NCBI GenBank assembly: GCA_903885855.1
Contig: CAISKG010000437.1
Coordinates: 1-44,345, forward strand
Source: an uncultured Planctomycetaceae bacterium
GTDB lineage: Bacteria; Planctomycetota; Planctomycetia; Pirellulales; UBA1268
Direction of reading: 5' to 3'
DNA: 44,345 bases
Below, piece by piece: positions 12,166 to 21,709 of the stretch (its first letter is position 1; each line of letters starts with the position of its first letter). The notes under the pieces were generated by a model that was not told the DNA's origin, did no database searches, and worked only from the letters and a program-made list of their open reading frames with translations. The position numbers and the translations under genes were made by a program.

Positions 12166-13026
12166 GTGAGCATCCATCCCTTGGCCGCCGTGAGTCCGGA
12201 CGCCCGGCTGGGCATGGGCGTGAAGGTCGGCGCCTTCGCCTCCATCGAGGAGGGCGTGGAACTCGGCGACCACTGCGTGGTCGCCTCGGGCGCGATCGTC
12301 AAGTCGGGGGTGGTGGCCGGACCGAACAACGAGTTCTGCGAGCACTCGGTCGTCGGCGGGGCCCCGCAGCACATCGCGCGCCCCACCGACATCGGCCGCC
12401 TGCTGATCGGCTCCGGCAACGTCTTCCGGGAACATGTCACGATCCACCGCGGCCTCAAGCCGGGAAGTGACACCGTCGTCGGCGACACCAACTACGTGAT
12501 GGCCGGCGTGCACTTCGGCCACGACTGCGTGATCGGATCCGGCTGCATCTTCGCCAACGGCGCGATGCTCGGCGGCCACGTGCACGTCGACGACAAGGCC
12601 TTCGTGTCGGGCGCGGTCGCGGTGCACCAATTCTGCCGCATCGGCCGCCTGGCGATGGTCGGCGGCCACGCGCGGGTGACGCAGGACATCCCCCCCTACA
12701 TGCTCGTCGACGGCCAGAGCGGCTGCATCGTCGGCCTGAACGTCGTCGGACTGCGGCGCAGCGGGCACAGCGCCGCCGAGGTGGCCGATCTCAAGAACGC
12801 CTACCGGATCATCTTCCGGCGCGGGCTGTGCTGGCAGGACGTGCTCGACACGCTCGCCGGGGAGTTCCACGGCGGGCCGGTCGTCCATCTGCGCGAGTTC
12901 CTCGGCGCCGGCAAGCGCGGGTTCACCCAGGAACGGCGTCCCCCCCCGACCACGCTCCGCCTGCGCGTGGCCGACGACGCGGCGGCGACCGACGCCGCCC
13001 CCTCGCTGCGCTCCAAAGCGGGCTGA
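12166..13026 (+). CDS. lpxA: Acyl-ACP--UDP-N-acetylglucosamine O-acyltransferase
   Basis: GTG start. The N-terminus IHPLAAVSPDARLG and left-handed beta-helix hexapeptide repeats (HFGHDCVIGSGCIFANGAMLGGHVHVDD) match LpxA. So do the C-terminal helical domain segments GLNVVGLRRSG and LKNAYRIIFR. Confidence 0.88.
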   Translation: MSIHPLAAVSPDARLGMGVKVGAFASIEEGVELGDHCVVASGAIVKSGVVAGPNNEFCEHSVVGGAPQHIARPTDIGRLLIGSGNVFREHVTIHRGLKPGSDTVVGDTNYVMAGVHFGHDCVIGSGCIFANGAMLGGHVHVDDKAFVSGAVAVHQFCRIGRLAMVGGHARVTQDIPPYMLVDGQSGCIVGLNVVGLRRSGHSAAEVADLKNAYRIIFRRGLCWQDVLDTLAGEFHGGPVVHLREFLGAGKRGFTQERRPPPTTLRLRVADDAAATDAAPSLRSKAG

Positions 13027-13089
13027 TCCGGGCAGCCGCCCCGGCTGCGGGCAGGGCCGCGGCCGCGCGGGGATCGGTGCCCCGACGCT

Positions 13090-13116
13090 GGCAGGACCGC
13101 CAGGACCGGTCCTGCC
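13090..13116 (+). terminator. GC-rich hairpin between lpxA and the chemosensory operon (possible lpxA terminator)
   Basis: Perfect 9-bp stem GGCAGGACC/GGTCCTGCC with a 9-nt loop, 64 nt after the lpxA stop. There is no U-tract, so function is uncertain. Confidence 0.3.
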
Positions 13117-13236
13117 GTCCGGGCGGGGATTGCCTGGTCGCGGAAATCCTCCGCCAGGGGGTCGCCCCGAGGGGGTTCATGGGCGAAGATTGGGAGATCT
13201 TCGGCCCGCTTTCCGCGTCGTGCCCCCCCATCCGCC

Positions 13237-14622
13237 ATGACGAGACGGCCGCCACCCGCCCCTTCCCCCGCCCCGGTAGGCCGTCCGGCCGCGTGGTGGC
13301 GGTCCCCGTGGCCGTGGCTGCTCCTCACGCTGCCGCCGGCGCTGCTGGGATGGTGGCTCGCCGGCGGGGCTCCCGCGCGGCAGATCCCGATCCGGGTCGG
13401 CATCCTCCACTCCCTCTCCGGCCCCTCCGCCGCCCGCGATCGCGTCCTGGTGGAAGCGGAGACGCTCGCCATCGACGACATCAACCGCGCCGGCGGCCTG
13501 CTCGGGCGGCGCGTGGAGCGGATCGTGGCCGACGGGGCATCCGACCCCGCCACGTTCGCCAAGCGCGCCGAGCGGCTGATCCGCGAGGACAAGGTGGACG
13601 TGCTCGTGGGCTGCTCGTCCGCGTCCACGCGGCGCGCCGTGGTGTCGACGGTGGAGGCGGCGGAACACCTGCTGGTGTTCCCGGCGCGGCACGAGGGATT
13701 CGACGAGTCGGCGGCGGTCGTGTCACTCGGCCCCCTGCCGAATCAGCATCTCGGTCCGGCGCTGGCCTGGTGCCGCCGCGTCCTCTCGGCGTCGCGGTTC
13801 TTCCTCGTGGGCGCCGACGATTCCTGGTCGCGCTGCGCCGCGGCCTACGCCTCCGACCAACTCTCCGCCGGTGACGCCAGCCTGGTGGGCGACGAGGTGG
13901 TGCCGAGCGCCGGCGGGGATCTGGCCGCCGTGATCGGCCGGATCGTGGCCGCCGAGCCGGACGTGGTCTGCTGCCTGCTCGGCGCCGACGGTGCCGGCCA
14001 GCTCCTCCGCCGGCTGCGCGAGGCCGGCTTCGGCACCGCCGATCTCCCCGTGCTCCTCCTCTCGGTGAACGAGGAGGATCTCCGCGCCATGCCGCGCGAC
14101 GACGTCACCGGAGCCTACGTCGCCGCCACCTGCTTCCAGGGTGCCATCGGCGACGCCGAGCGCCCCGCGACCCGCGACATCGCCCGCTCCTTCAGCCGCG
14201 CCTACGGCACGGAGCGCGCGGTGTCCGAGCAGGCGATCACCGCCTACGAGGCGATCCGACTGTGGGCGGAAGCGGTGCGATCGGCGGGGACCGCCGACGT
14301 GGTGGCCGTCCGTGCGGCGATCCGACGGCAGACGCTCGCCTCGCTCGAGGGAATCGTGGCGGTCGATCCGACGACGCAGCATGCCTGGCGGAATCTCGCC
14401 GTCGGCAGGGTGCGCCCGGACGGCCTTGTCGACCGGGTCTGGTCGGAGGGGTCGCCCACGCGGCCCGTGCCCTTCCCGCCCACCCGATCGCGCGGCGAAT
14501 GGACCCGGTTCGTCGCCGCGATGGAGCGTGCCCGTGCCAACCGCCGCAACGGCGTCGGCGCCACCGGAGACGGCGCCACCGCCCCGCCGCCGGCCGCGCC
14601 GGCCACCGGAGGAGCGCCATGA
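13237..14622 (+). CDS. Type 1 periplasmic binding protein of the urea/short-amide-binding (UrtA/AmiC-like) family, N-terminally membrane-anchored. No ABC transporter partners are present.
   Basis: After a TM/signal anchor ([19 protein letters not shown]), several motifs resemble UrtA/AmiC: [69 protein letters not shown]. The stop overlaps the start of the MCP gene (ATGA). Confidence 0.75.
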   Translation: MTRRPPPAPSPAPVGRPAAWWRSPWPWLLLTLPPALLGWWLAGGAPARQIPIRVGILHSLSGPSAARDRVLVEAETLAIDDINRAGGLLGRRVERIVADGASDPATFAKRAERLIREDKVDVLVGCSSASTRRAVVSTVEAAEHLLVFPARHEGFDESAAVVSLGPLPNQHLGPALAWCRRVLSASRFFLVGADDSWSRCAAAYASDQLSAGDASLVGDEVVPSAGGDLAAVIGRIVAAEPDVVCCLLGADGAGQLLRRLREAGFGTADLPVLLLSVNEEDLRAMPRDDVTGAYVAATCFQGAIGDAERPATRDIARSFSRAYGTERAVSEQAITAYEAIRLWAEAVRSAGTADVVAVRAAIRRQTLASLEGIVAVDPTTQHAWRNLAVGRVRPDGLVDRVWSEGSPTRPVPFPPTRSRGEWTRFVAAMERARANRRNGVGATGDGATAPPPAAPATGGAP

Positions 14623-16625
14623 GCGCCGCCCGGGCGGTGACGGCGCCGGCGCGCAACAGGCGGTCGATCGTCGGCCGGCTGTTGTTCTGGTTTCTCGTGA
14701 TCGCGCTGGTGCCCTGCGCGATCCTCACGGCGACCACGGCCCGGCTCGCCACGCGGACCCTCGAGGTCTCGGTGCGCTCCAATCTGGCCCGCATCGCCGC
14801 CTCCAAGGCGGAGGAGATCGAGGAGTACGCCGCCGACCGGCTGCGCGAGGCCACCGCGGCGGCGCTCGTGCCCGACGTCGCCAGGCTCATCGGCCGCGGC
14901 CGGGTCGCCGCCGCCGAGGGTGACGCCGACGACGGTGCCATGCCCTTCCCCGACGCACTGGCCTCGTCCCTCGGATTCTCCCACGCCCTGCTGCTCGACG
15001 CCGACGGGAGGATCGTCCACTCCTCCGACGACGCCTTCCCACGCGGCGCCTCTCTCCTCACCGGAGGGCTGGCGACCTCCCCGCTGGCCCTCGGCTTCAA
15101 CCGCGCGACCGCCCTGCTCCAGGCCGACCTCACGCCCTTCCAGACCTACGGCGCGTCGCTCGAGCCGCTGGCCTTCGCGGTGGCGCCGGTGCTCGCCGGC
15201 GGCCGGCTGACCGGCGCGGTGGCACTGGGCTTCGGTCCGGGCCGCGTGTGGAGGATCCTCGACGACTGGAACGGCCTCGGGCGCACCGGCGAGATCGTGG
15301 TCGGCACGCCGTCGGGCGACGACGTGCTCGTGACCGCGCCGGTGCGCCACGCCCCCGACGCGGCCTTCCGGCTGCGGATCCCGGGCGCCACCGACCGCGA
15401 CGCGTCGATCGCGAAGGCGGCCCGCGGGGAGTCGGGGGAGGGGCAGGTCTCGGATTACCGCGGCCAGCAGGTGGTGGCGGCCTGGGGCTACCTGCCCAGC
15501 TTCGGCTGGGGGATGACGGTGAAGCAGGACGTCGGCGAGGCCTATTCGCTGGCCGATTTCCAGCGGGCCCTGGTGATCGGCCTGTCGCTGGCCACCATCG
15601 TCGGCGTGACGCTGGCGGCGTTCGTCGTCGCCCGCACGATCTCCAATCCGATCCGGGTCGCCGTCGAGATCGCCCGCAAGGTCGCGGCCGGCGATCTGCG
15701 GGCCACCGTGTCCGGCTCCTCCGACGACGAGACGGGCGCGCTCTTGTCGGCGATCCAGACCATGACCAACGACCTGCGCGGCCTCATCGGGCGCATCCAA
15801 CGATCGTCCGTGGCCCTCATCTCGACCTCGACGGCGATGCAGGCCACGAGCGCCGAGCAGCAGCAGGTCATCGCCGACTACGGCGCCTCCACCACCGAGG
15901 CCGTCGCGGCGGTCAAGGAGATCTCGGTCACCAGCCAGGAACTGGTGCGCACCATGACCGAGGTCAACGACATGGCCGCCCACACCGGCGACATGGCCGC
16001 CGAGGGGCGGGTCAACCTGGCGAGCATGGACGGCACCATGCGCCAGCTCGCCGACAGCACGACGTCGTTCAGCGCGAAGCTGGCGGTGATCAGCGAGCGG
16101 GCCGCCCATATCAATCTCGCGGTGACGACGATCACCAAGGTCGCCGACCAGACCAACCTCCTCTCCATCAACGCCGCCATCGAGGCGGAGAAGGCGGGGG
16201 AGTACGGCCTCGGCTTCCTCGTCGTGGCGCGCGAGATCCGCCGCCTCGCCGACCAGACCGCCGTCGCCTCGCTCGACATCGAGCGGATGGTCAAGGAGAT
16301 GCAGAACGCCGTCTCGGCCGGGGTGATGGAGATGGACAAGTTCGCCGACCAGGTCCGCGGGGGCGTGCGCGAGATCGGCGGCATCTCGTCCCGACTGGGG
16401 GAGATCATCACGGCCGTGCAGGGGATCTCCGGCCGTTTCGGCCAGGTCACCGAGGGGATGCGGGCCCAGTCGCAGGGCGCGGAGCAGATCCGCGAGGCGA
16501 TGGTGCGGCTCGCCGAGGGCGCGGCGCGCACCTCCGAATCGCTCGACGACTTCAACCGTGCCACCATCCACCTCCGCGAGGCGGTCGGCGACCTCAAGGA
16601 GGAGGTCTCCCGATTCACGATCTGA
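14619..16625 (+). CDS. Methyl-accepting chemotaxis protein with a Cache-like periplasmic domain, HAMP and MA signalling domain (WspA-position)
   Basis: Start at the ATG at 14619, preceded by GGAGGAG and overlapping the PBP stop. TM1 is [16 protein letters not shown], followed by an extracytoplasmic region of about 270 aa and TM2. HAMP region: [22 protein letters not shown]...[12 protein letters not shown]. Conserved signalling hairpin: [39 protein letters not shown]. Confidence 0.9.
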   Translation: MSAARAVTAPARNRRSIVGRLLFWFLVIALVPCAILTATTARLATRTLEVSVRSNLARIAASKAEEIEEYAADRLREATAAALVPDVARLIGRGRVAAAEGDADDGAMPFPDALASSLGFSHALLLDADGRIVHSSDDAFPRGASLLTGGLATSPLALGFNRATALLQADLTPFQTYGASLEPLAFAVAPVLAGGRLTGAVALGFGPGRVWRILDDWNGLGRTGEIVVGTPSGDDVLVTAPVRHAPDAAFRLRIPGATDRDASIAKAARGESGEGQVSDYRGQQVVAAWGYLPSFGWGMTVKQDVGEAYSLADFQRALVIGLSLATIVGVTLAAFVVARTISNPIRVAVEIARKVAAGDLRATVSGSSDDETGALLSAIQTMTNDLRGLIGRIQRSSVALISTSTAMQATSAEQQQVIADYGASTTEAVAAVKEISVTSQELVRTMTEVNDMAAHTGDMAAEGRVNLASMDGTMRQLADSTTSFSAKLAVISERAAHINLAVTTITKVADQTNLLSINAAIEAEKAGEYGLGFLVVAREIRRLADQTAVASLDIERMVKEMQNAVSAGVMEMDKFADQVRGGVREIGGISSRLGEIITAVQGISGRFGQVTEGMRAQSQGAEQIREAMVRLAEGAARTSESLDDFNRATIHLREAVGDLKEEVSRFTI

Positions 16626-16659
16626 CCCCGCGCCCCGCACACCAGCCGCCCCTGCCGTC

Positions 16660-17139
16660 ATGCAACTCCTCACCTTCACCGCCGGCGGCCTCGTGTACGC
16701 CATCGGCGCCACGAGCGTCGTGGAGGTGCTGCCGACCGTGCCGGTGCGGCCCGTGCCCCAACTGCCCGACTACGTGCTCGGGATGGTCGCCTACCGCGGC
16801 CGGATGATCCCGGTGATCGATCTCCCGCGCCGCCTCACGGGGGCCCCGGCACGGGCGCTGCTCAGCACCCGCCTGATCATCGTCGAGGTCGCCGGTGGCC
16901 CCTCGGGGGAGGGCGGTCCGGCACGCCTCGGGCTGATCGCCGAGAACATGGTCTCCACCGTCCGCTCGGAGGACGCCGAGACGGTCTTCCCGCAGATGCA
17001 GCTGGAAGCGGCGCCGTACCTGGGCAGGATCCTCCGCCTCGGCGGCCAGACCGTGCACATGCTCGTCGTGGAGCGGCTCCTGCCGACCGGCGTCGCCTCG
17101 GGTCTGCTGGCCGCCGCCGTGGAGCCCACCACGCCATGA
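16660..17139 (+). CDS. cheW: CheW coupling protein (WspB-position)
   Basis: First ATG after the MCP stop. CheW-like fold sequence: LLTFTAGGLVYAIGATSVVEVLP...LPDYVLGMVAYRGRMIPVIDL. The stop overlaps the cheR start (ATGA at 17136-17139). Confidence 0.85.
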   Translation: MQLLTFTAGGLVYAIGATSVVEVLPTVPVRPVPQLPDYVLGMVAYRGRMIPVIDLPRRLTGAPARALLSTRLIIVEVAGGPSGEGGPARLGLIAENMVSTVRSEDAETVFPQMQLEAAPYLGRILRLGGQTVHMLVVERLLPTGVASGLLAAAVEPTTP

Positions 17140-18527
17140 GCCCCGTCAGCTTCACTCCGACCGCCGCCGCCGAGGAGATGCTGCGCCGCTGGATCGGCCT
17201 CGACCCCAACACCATCGGCGCGGCCGCCATCCGCCGCGCCGTGCGCCTGCGCATGCTCGCCGTCGAGATCGACGACCTGGCCGCCTATCTGCGCCGCCTG
17301 GAGAGCGACGTGGGGGAACGGGACCGGCTCGTGGAGGAGGTCGTCGTCGCGGAGAGCTGGTTCTTCCGCGACCCGCAGGTCTACGAGCAGCTGCGGCGCT
17401 TCGCGGTGGCGCGGCTGTCGGGCACCTCCCCCGACACCAGCCTGCGGATCCTCAGCGTGCCCTGCGCCGCGGGGGAGGAGCCGTATTCGATCGCCATGAC
17501 GCTCCTCGATCTGGGATACGGGCCCGACCGATTCCGCATCGACGCCATCGACGTCAGCCGCGTGGCGCTGTCCAAGGCGCGTGCGGGACGCTACTCGCCC
17601 AACGCCTTCCGCAACGCCGACACCGCCTATCGGGATCGCTGGTTCCACAGCGAGAAGGGGGTGGCGGTGATCGACGAGTCGGTGCAGCGCTGCGTCCGAT
17701 TCGCCTGGGCGAACGTGCTCGACGAGCGGCTGCTCGACGAGGCGCTGGGGGTGTGGCGCTCCAGTTACGACGTGGTGTTCTGCCGCAATCTCCTCATCTA
17801 CCTGACCAGCGACGCCCGCCAGGCCGTGGAGCGGGCGATCGGCCTGCTGCTCAAGCCCGACGGGATGGTGGTGGTCGGGGCCGCCGAGCCGGCCATCCTG
17901 CGCGACGGGTGGGTGCCCTGCGCGGCCGGCTCGACGTTCACGCTGCGGCGGGCCACGCGGTCCCCCGGTGCCGTGGGGCGGTCCTTCGGGGCGGCCCCGG
18001 GCCCGGCCGTCGAGGCGCCCAAGCCCCCTGCCGGGCGGCCGCTGCCGGCCGCCATCGGCCGCGGAGCGGATCCGCCGGGAAAGGGCGCGCCGCCGGAGGT
18101 CGCCACCGCGGCCCCCGCGCCGGCCCCGGCTCCGGCTCCCCCTCCTGAGGCCCCGGTCGTCGACGTCGCCGAGGCGGCACCGGGCGACACCGCGGCGCCG
18201 CCCCGGACCCTGCGCGAGGTGATCGCCGCGGCCAACACGCTTGCCAACGCCCGCCGTTTCTCCGAGGCGATCGCGCTGTGCGAGGGATACCAGCAAAGCG
18301 GCCCGCCGGCGGCGGAGCTCTTCTTCCTCACCGGCATGCTCCACCAGTCGCTCGGCCGGGCCGATCTCGCGGAGGATTGCTTCCACAAGACCCTGTACCT
18401 CGACGCGGCCCACGAGGAAGCGCTGCTGGCGCTGTCGCTGCTGGCCACCGGCCGGGGCGACCATCGGCGCGCCGAGCAGTTCCGTGACTCGGCCCGTCGC
18501 GTGCTGGAGAGGAAGGGTGCGTCGTGA
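17136..18527 (+). CDS. cheR: CheR-type MCP methyltransferase with a C-terminal TPR domain (WspC-like)
   Basis: WFFRDPQVYEQL, the SAM-binding LRILSVPCAAGEEPYSIAM, and DVVFCRNLLIYL. An Ala/Pro linker of about 85 aa leads into C-terminal TPR helices (FFLTGMLHQSLGRADLAEDCFHKTLYLD). Confidence 0.88.
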   Translation: MSPVSFTPTAAAEEMLRRWIGLDPNTIGAAAIRRAVRLRMLAVEIDDLAAYLRRLESDVGERDRLVEEVVVAESWFFRDPQVYEQLRRFAVARLSGTSPDTSLRILSVPCAAGEEPYSIAMTLLDLGYGPDRFRIDAIDVSRVALSKARAGRYSPNAFRNADTAYRDRWFHSEKGVAVIDESVQRCVRFAWANVLDERLLDEALGVWRSSYDVVFCRNLLIYLTSDARQAVERAIGLLLKPDGMVVVGAAEPAILRDGWVPCAAGSTFTLRRATRSPGAVGRSFGAAPGPAVEAPKPPAGRPLPAAIGRGADPPGKGAPPEVATAAPAPAPAPAPPPEAPVVDVAEAAPGDTAAPPRTLREVIAAANTLANARRFSEAIALCEGYQQSGPPAAELFFLTGMLHQSLGRADLAEDCFHKTLYLDAAHEEALLALSLLATGRGDHRRAEQFRDSARRVLERKGAS

Positions 18528-19288
18528 GCGAGACGGCGTCGTCCGACGATCGAATCCCCACGCCGAACATCGGTCGCGGGACGTCGCCGAGCGCCCCGGC
18601 GGCGCTGCCGGCGCCGGCCGACGAGTGCTGGCGGCGGATCGGCGTCACGGGCGACCGCAGCTGCCCGGAACTGGCGTCCTACATCCACTGCCGGAATTGC
18701 CCCGTGATGGCGGCGGCGGCCCGGACATTCTTCGACCGTGCCGCCCCGGAGGGATACCTCGAGAGCTGGCGGGGAATCCTCGAGGAATCCGCGGGGACCG
18801 TGGAAGCCAGGCTCGAGAGCCTGCTGGTCTTCCGGCTGGGGACGGAGTGGCACGCCCTGCCGACGTGCACCCTGGTGGAGGTCACCACCCCCCGGACATG
18901 CCATCGCGTGCCGCACCGCACCGGCGGCGTGCTCGAGGGCATCGTGAACGTCCGGGGCCAGCTCCAATTGTGCGTCTCGGCCCATCGTCTGCTGGGCATC
19001 GACGACGCGCCCGCCCCCACGACGGGCGGCGCGGGTGCCGACGAATCCCGGCTCCTGGTGGTCGAGCGGCCGGGGCACAGCGGCGCGGACCGATGGGTGT
19101 TCCGCGTCGACGCCGTGGCGGGGGTCCATCGTGTCGATCGGGCCCGGCTGCGGGCGGTGCCGGACACCGTCAGCCAGTCGGGCGCCCGCTACTGCCGCGC
19201 GCTCTTCGACTGGAACGACTCGGTGGTCGGAATCCTCGACGACGCCCGACTGTTCGAAGGCCTCGCCGACAGCGTCCACGCCTCCTGA
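18524..19288 (+). CDS. cheW: CheW-like protein with an N-terminal Cys/His motif (WspD-position)
   Basis: GTG start overlapping the cheR stop (GTGA). The N-terminus carries CWRRIGVTGDRSCPELASYIHCRNCPV. The CheW core follows (LLVFRLGTEWHALPTCTLVEV...LEGIVNVRGQLQLCV). Confidence 0.82.
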   Translation: MSETASSDDRIPTPNIGRGTSPSAPAALPAPADECWRRIGVTGDRSCPELASYIHCRNCPVMAAAARTFFDRAAPEGYLESWRGILEESAGTVEARLESLLVFRLGTEWHALPTCTLVEVTTPRTCHRVPHRTGGVLEGIVNVRGQLQLCVSAHRLLGIDDAPAPTTGGAGADESRLLVVERPGHSGADRWVFRVDAVAGVHRVDRARLRAVPDTVSQSGARYCRALFDWNDSVVGILDDARLFEGLADSVHAS

Positions 19289-19331
19289 TTTCCCCCCTCT
19301 CCCCCTCCCCGAACATGGAAAGGAGCATGCG

Positions 19332-21674
19332 ATGGCCGACGACCTGAGCGGATTCTCCATGCTCGACCTGTTCCGGCTGGAGGCGGACACGCAGGCCGCG
19401 GTCCTCTCCGCCGGCGTGCTGGCGATCGAGCGGATCGACCAGGATCCCGGGACCATCGAGGCGATGATGCGGGCCGCGCACTCCCTCAAGGGGGCCGCGC
19501 GGATCGTGGGCGTGGAGCCCGCCGTGGTCGTGGCCCACGCGCTGGAGGATTGCTTCGTCGCCGCGGGCCGGGGCGAGTTCCGGGTCGAGCCCGCCCATGC
19601 CGACCTCCTGCTGGAATGCATCGATTTCCTGTCGTCGATCGGCAAGGCGGACGACGTGTTCGCCGACGACAGCCCCTGGCCGGCGCGGGCCGCCCGTCTG
19701 GTCGAGGCGCTCGGCGGGCTGCAGCGATCCCCCGGCCGCCCCGCCGCCGCTCCCGCGGCCCCGGCCCCGCCGGCGGCCCCCGTCGCCGTCGCGGTGCCCG
19801 AGGCGGGCCCGCCGTCGACCGACGTGGCCCCCGCGCCCACCCGGCAGGCCGGAGCGGCCCCGGCGGACGCGGGAGGCTCGGCTCCGGGCGACCGCTCCGG
19901 CGCCGACCGCGGCTTCGAGACGCTCGACCGGGTGGTGCGCGTGTCCGCCGACAGCCTCACCCGCCTCGTCGGCCTGGCGGGCGAGGCGCTCGTCGAGACC
20001 CGTCAGCTGCGCCCCTTCGTCGACGGGCTGGCGACGCTGCGCTCGGCGCAGGTCGACCTCTGCGACACCCTCGCCGCGCTCGAGGACCAGGCCGGCTCGG
20101 AGGGCGCGCTTCCGGCGTCGCTCGCGGTGCTCGTCGAGCGGGCCCGAGCGCTCGCCGACAAGGGCCTCGCCGCACTCATCGACTACGGCGACGACTTCGA
20201 GACCTTCGCCCGCCGCAACGAGGACCTCTCCGGCCGCCTCCATCACGAGGTGATCGTGAGCCGGATGCGCCCCATCGCCGACGGTATCCGCGCCTTCCCG
20301 AGGCTGGTGCGCGACCTGGCGCGGAGCCTCGGCAAGCAGATCCGCTACGAGGTGCGCGGCGAGGGCACCGGCGTCGACCGCGACATCCTCGACAAGCTCG
20401 AGGCGCCCCTCACGCACCTCCTCCGCAATGCCATCGACCACGGCATCGAGAGCCCCGAGGAACGCCGCGCCGCGGGAAAGCCGGCGGAGGGATCGATCGT
20501 CCTCGAGGCCAGGCACCGGGCGGGGATGCTCCAGATCCTCCTCGTCGACGACGGCCGGGGCATCGACGTGGGGAGCATCCGCGACCGCGCGGTGGAGCGC
20601 GACCTCGTCCCGCGGCACGTCGCCGAGCGGCTCAGCGAGTCGGAGGTGCTGGAGTTCATGTTCCTGCCCGGCTTCTCCACGCGCCGCCGCGTGACGGAGA
20701 TCTCGGGCCGCGGCGTCGGGCTCGACGTGGTGCAGAGCATGGTCAAGGCGGTGGGAGGGGGCGTGCGCGTCTCGAGCCTCCCCGGCCGCCAGACCGCCTT
20801 CGCCCTCCAGCTCCCGATCACGATGTCGGTGGTGCGGGCCCTCCTCGTCGAGGTGGCGGGGGAGCCCTACGCCTTTCCCCTGACGCGCATCGACTCGATC
20901 CAGTTCGTGTCGCACGCCGACGTGCGCTCGGTGGAGGGGCGCCAATTCTTCCAGCGCGACGAGGCCTCGATCGGCCTGGTGTCGGCCGCGCAGGTCCTCG
21001 GCACCGCCTCCCCTCCGCCGTCGGCGGATCCGATGCCGGTGGTGGTGATCAGTGACCGCGGCCAGCAATTCGGGATGATCGTCGAGGCCTTCCTCGGCGA
21101 GCGCGACCTCGAGGTGCGCCCCCTCGACGCCCGCCTCGGCAAGGTGGCCGACGTGAACAGCGTCTCGCTCCTCGAGGACGGCTCCCCGGTGCTGATCGTG
21201 GACGTCGAGGATCTGGTGCTCTCGATCGACAACCTGCTGATGGGGCGGCGGATCGCCCGCCTCGACTTCCGGCGCGACCCCCGCCGGGCGCGGCGCACCA
21301 AACGCGTCCTGGTGGTCGACGATTCGATCACGGTGCGGGAACTGGAGCGTCAACTCCTCCAGACGCGGGGGTTCGAGGTGGACGTGGCCGTGGACGGCAT
21401 GGACGGCTGGAACGCCATCCGCGGGGGCGACTACGATCTGGTCGTCAGCGACGTCGACATGCCCCGGCTCGACGGCATCGGCCTGGTGTCGCTGATCAAG
21501 GCGGACCCGGCCCGGAAGCAGATCCCGGTGGTGATCGTCTCCTACAAGGATCGCGAGGAGGACCGGCTGCGCGGGCTCGAGGCCGGCGCGAATCGCTACC
21601 TCACGAAGACGAGTTTCCACGACCAGACCTTCATCGCCACGATCATCGACCTCATCGGCGAACCGATCTCCTGA
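19332..21674 (+). CDS. cheA: Hybrid CheA histidine kinase with a C-terminal receiver domain (WspE-like)
   Basis: ATG preceded by GGAAAGGAG. Hpt domain with AAHSLKGAARIVG. N-box LTHLLRNAIDHGIE, G1 DDGRGID, G2 GRGVGLDVV. CheW-like domain GEPYAFPL. REC domain RVLVVDDSITVRE...DLVVSDVDMPRLDG...YLTK. Confidence 0.92.
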   Translation: MADDLSGFSMLDLFRLEADTQAAVLSAGVLAIERIDQDPGTIEAMMRAAHSLKGAARIVGVEPAVVVAHALEDCFVAAGRGEFRVEPAHADLLLECIDFLSSIGKADDVFADDSPWPARAARLVEALGGLQRSPGRPAAAPAAPAPPAAPVAVAVPEAGPPSTDVAPAPTRQAGAAPADAGGSAPGDRSGADRGFETLDRVVRVSADSLTRLVGLAGEALVETRQLRPFVDGLATLRSAQVDLCDTLAALEDQAGSEGALPASLAVLVERARALADKGLAALIDYGDDFETFARRNEDLSGRLHHEVIVSRMRPIADGIRAFPRLVRDLARSLGKQIRYEVRGEGTGVDRDILDKLEAPLTHLLRNAIDHGIESPEERRAAGKPAEGSIVLEARHRAGMLQILLVDDGRGIDVGSIRDRAVERDLVPRHVAERLSESEVLEFMFLPGFSTRRRVTEISGRGVGLDVVQSMVKAVGGGVRVSSLPGRQTAFALQLPITMSVVRALLVEVAGEPYAFPLTRIDSIQFVSHADVRSVEGRQFFQRDEASIGLVSAAQVLGTASPPPSADPMPVVVISDRGQQFGMIVEAFLGERDLEVRPLDARLGKVADVNSVSLLEDGSPVLIVDVEDLVLSIDNLLMGRRIARLDFRRDPRRARRTKRVLVVDDSITVRELERQLLQTRGFEVDVAVDGMDGWNAIRGGDYDLVVSDVDMPRLDGIGLVSLIKADPARKQIPVVIVSYKDREEDRLRGLEAGANRYLTKTSFHDQTFIATIIDLIGEPIS

Positions 21675-21709
21675 CATCGGCGCCGCGGCCGACCGCGGAG
21701 GAATCCAGC

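Noticed and set aside
19700-19900. Repetitive GCC/CCG-rich tracts that look like tandem repeats. The same pattern occurs in the cheR linker around 17990-18170 and in the tails of several proteins.
   Set aside because: They are in-frame Ala/Pro-rich interdomain linkers inside well-supported genes. There is no regular spacer-repeat periodicity, so they are not CRISPR arrays or noncoding satellites.
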